Source: Magallana gigas (taxonomy: Eukaryota). Taken from it: a stretch of 64,000 bases of DNA. The stretch is taken from assembly GCF_963853765.1 (NCBI RefSeq), contig NC_088860.1:16120001-16184000 (forward strand). The letters run 5' to 3'. The position numbers were made by a program, and so were the translations under genes. Of the stretch, positions 61,493 to 64,000 are shown piece by piece. The notes under the pieces were generated by a model. That model was not told the DNA's origin and did not search any database. It worked only from the letters and a program-made list of their open reading frames with translations. How positions within the stretch are numbered: position 1 is the stretch's first letter; the number at the start of each line of letters is the position of its first letter.

Positions 61493-64000
61493 GTATGGTT
61501 TTATAAGCATACACATATGATACTACGTTGATTGATAGATTATTGTTCTTTAAAATCGAGACGTATACATTTCAATACAAGTGCAGATAATATTTTCAAT
61601 TCTTCATCAAGATTTAGTGACTTTATATATAAGACGTTCAAACAAATTATTAAAATATTTTGGCATTTTAGTGTTTTAAAGTGGATATCGTTAAAAATAT
61701 TATTAAAAGTTCGACAATAACAAAACATTTTCCGGGCAATCTTTTTCCATTTTTTTCTTTGGTTTTGTTATATAAAAGAGTATTGCTAAATACCACGAAG
61801 GTTAATTCTTGATCTATGCTTGGTGTGACTAACAATGGGTGCCACAATCTCAAAAGTCTGAAACGTCATTTACATATTTGTAATGATTTATTGCCACATT
61901 AAAATGATGGAGCTCGTTATCATTTCTAAACAAAATAATACACCACCTCTTTGTAGTATTATGGTATTTTTTAGCCAGTTTCACATAAGGAAGGATAATG
62001 ATTTTTAAGTAATAACTAAGCAAAAGTATGTTTTACGTGAAATTCTTCAAAGTAACCATGAAATCGGCACAAACGTGAATTTAAGAAAGACGTTTTAAAG
62101 AAGCTTCAAATCTCAAAAACAAGTAAACAATTATTACGCAAACATTAATATTAATATCAAAATGAACAAATGGAAATGAACAATTTTAGTTAATTAGTAA
62201 AAAATGAATTTTATTCTTAGATTTTGTCAATCATGTAACATAAAACTTAGGTACCACTAAACAAACATTATGATTTTCCTGTTATAGGATCTCGACAAAT
62301 TAGAATATCAAATCAATAATAAAGTTTGGCTGTTTTCTTTCCGTTTGTTTTTAATTACACTTGATATAACATTTTAAAACAAAATCTCCAAAGTAAGGAA
62401 AGTACATGTTAATCCTAGTACAATTATTTAAAATTCACAAGACTTTGAAATTTTAATTTTATGCATGCATTTAGTTTATCAGGTATTTGTCATCAATTAC
62501 ATAATGTGCTAACCATAGTTAAAACTTGATTAACATATTTTATTAATTTTGAGTTATATAGCTCAATAAATGACCAAACAAAAAGTGACAGGGTCGCGTA
62601 TTCTAGATTAATTTTTATCAATTTTGATTTTGATGTATAATGGGCAAAGTGTAAAGCGTGTTCTTGCTTGAAAAATAGTTTTGTTTTAAATATAATTAGT
62701 ATTTATATTCATATTAATGTTAAAGCACATACAATCATTATTTAACTACAGATTAAGTTTAGTTGTATTTAGCTATCATAATAATATCAACTTGCAAGAA
62801 TAACAATTTGTCATCAATTTGACAAACACATGGCGATTTTTCCAGATAAAAAAAAGGATATTTAAATCCAAAGTTATGCAAATGTTGATTGGTAAAGGTT
62901 TCTAATTGCAATCCCAGCTAACTTTATTTCGTGTACACGTTTTTTCATCAGCATTACAGCAAATTACCGCTTTTATTCTACTTAGAAAATAGCAAGCAAT
63001 TATCACATGGTTTTCAATAAAGTTTATAGCTCACTAAATTTAAAAGAAGAACAAACAATAAATAATCCAAATAAAACGACATAGGCATATAGAATATGTA
63101 TGAGAATGCACAGTTATAGAATTATTATGCATTCACATCAGTGAGTCTAAAGATATGGGTCGGAATGTAATGTATGTCCTATATTTGACTTTAACAGATC
63201 ACCTGTTCATATCAAGATATTAATATAAAATAATCAGGGTCGTGCAAATACAAATAATGAACTGTATTGACTCATCCTTTTCTTAGCAAAATCCTTGCAT
63301 ATTAAAATTTATTGCAAGACGATGATAAGTGCAATTCAAGCACAATTGCACATTAAACTATAATGGTACCTCTTGGTATTCTGATATGAAAATATCTATC
63401 AAAACGAAAATAGTGTCGCTTTTTGTCATTAAATAACGACAGAAATAAATTATTTTTATTGCCAGAGAAAGCCTTTTAAAGTCAGTTCACCCTTCATTTT
63501 CGTCAACTCGGTCAAACAATAAACTGTCATATCATACGGCCCATTCAAAAGCAATTAACCCGTTCCATCTCGTTTTCCTAGTGCAAAAAATTATTGTTGC
63601 AATCTAAAAAGTAATAGTTCTGATACTTAAGTTTTATATAAAAAAGGGTCATAACACAAAAGTTCTTTGATATTCAAAATTTGTTAAGCTTGCATGAATT
63701 TATACATGGGAAAAACCTAATTGATTACTCTTATGTGATTGATAGCCGGACAATAACATAAGTTACAGATTACCGATGGTATACTGTGTCCGATGATGAT
63801 CTGTTTCGGTAGTAGAATTGACACGCTTCATTGATTTTATTGACTTTAAAAGATTCATTTCAGGATGTAGACATAGATATTGCATGTGATAAATTGATCG
63901 GAAACTTAAAAAATTATCTGTCTCGGAGACAATCTCTTTCGTTAAACATCCATAACTTTACTAAATGTAAAACACGCAGTATTTAAAATGTGGCAATGGA

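Noticed and set aside
63769-63808. Possible exon (DYRWYTVSDDDLFR) of the 60.5-kb gene
   Set aside because: Phase does not join the 61492 donor directly and no bridging exon was found.

Overview
AT-rich eukaryotic genomic DNA with GT-AG introns. It is probably from an oyster-like bivalve, inferred from a Cg170-type satellite/Helitron fragment and frequent TACATGTA. I reconstructed gene models by hand from splice sites and reading phase. (1) A minus-strand SLC16/monocarboxylate transporter (454-11181) with an E-box/HRE cluster at its 5' end. (2) Two tandem minus-strand paralogues (12849-17765 and 24983-29051; 434 aa each, about 93% identical) of a pentameric ligand-gated ion channel. Both lack the Cys-loop cysteines and a visible signal peptide, have a very short M3-M4 loop and a basic C-tail, and differ most sharply at the pore/selectivity filter. 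(3) A plus-strand 32-exon mosaic gene (34868-52148, about 1550 aa): hydrophobic leader, SEA-like domain, 15 EGF, Ig-Ig, chitin-binding-like, 5 EGF, Ig-Ig, chitin-binding-like, with rewired cysteines in both chitin-binding-like domains. (4) The first large exon of an unrecognised plus-strand gene at 60.5 kb. Also present are nested MITEs, short palindromic insertions, a LINE 3' fragment, tRNA-derived repeats, a 1.9-kb intronic 15-bp repeat and a 150-N gap. The best candidates for new biology are the Cys-less channel pair and the SEA-EGF-Ig-chitin-binding protein. All gene models lack transcript evidence, and no database searches were run.
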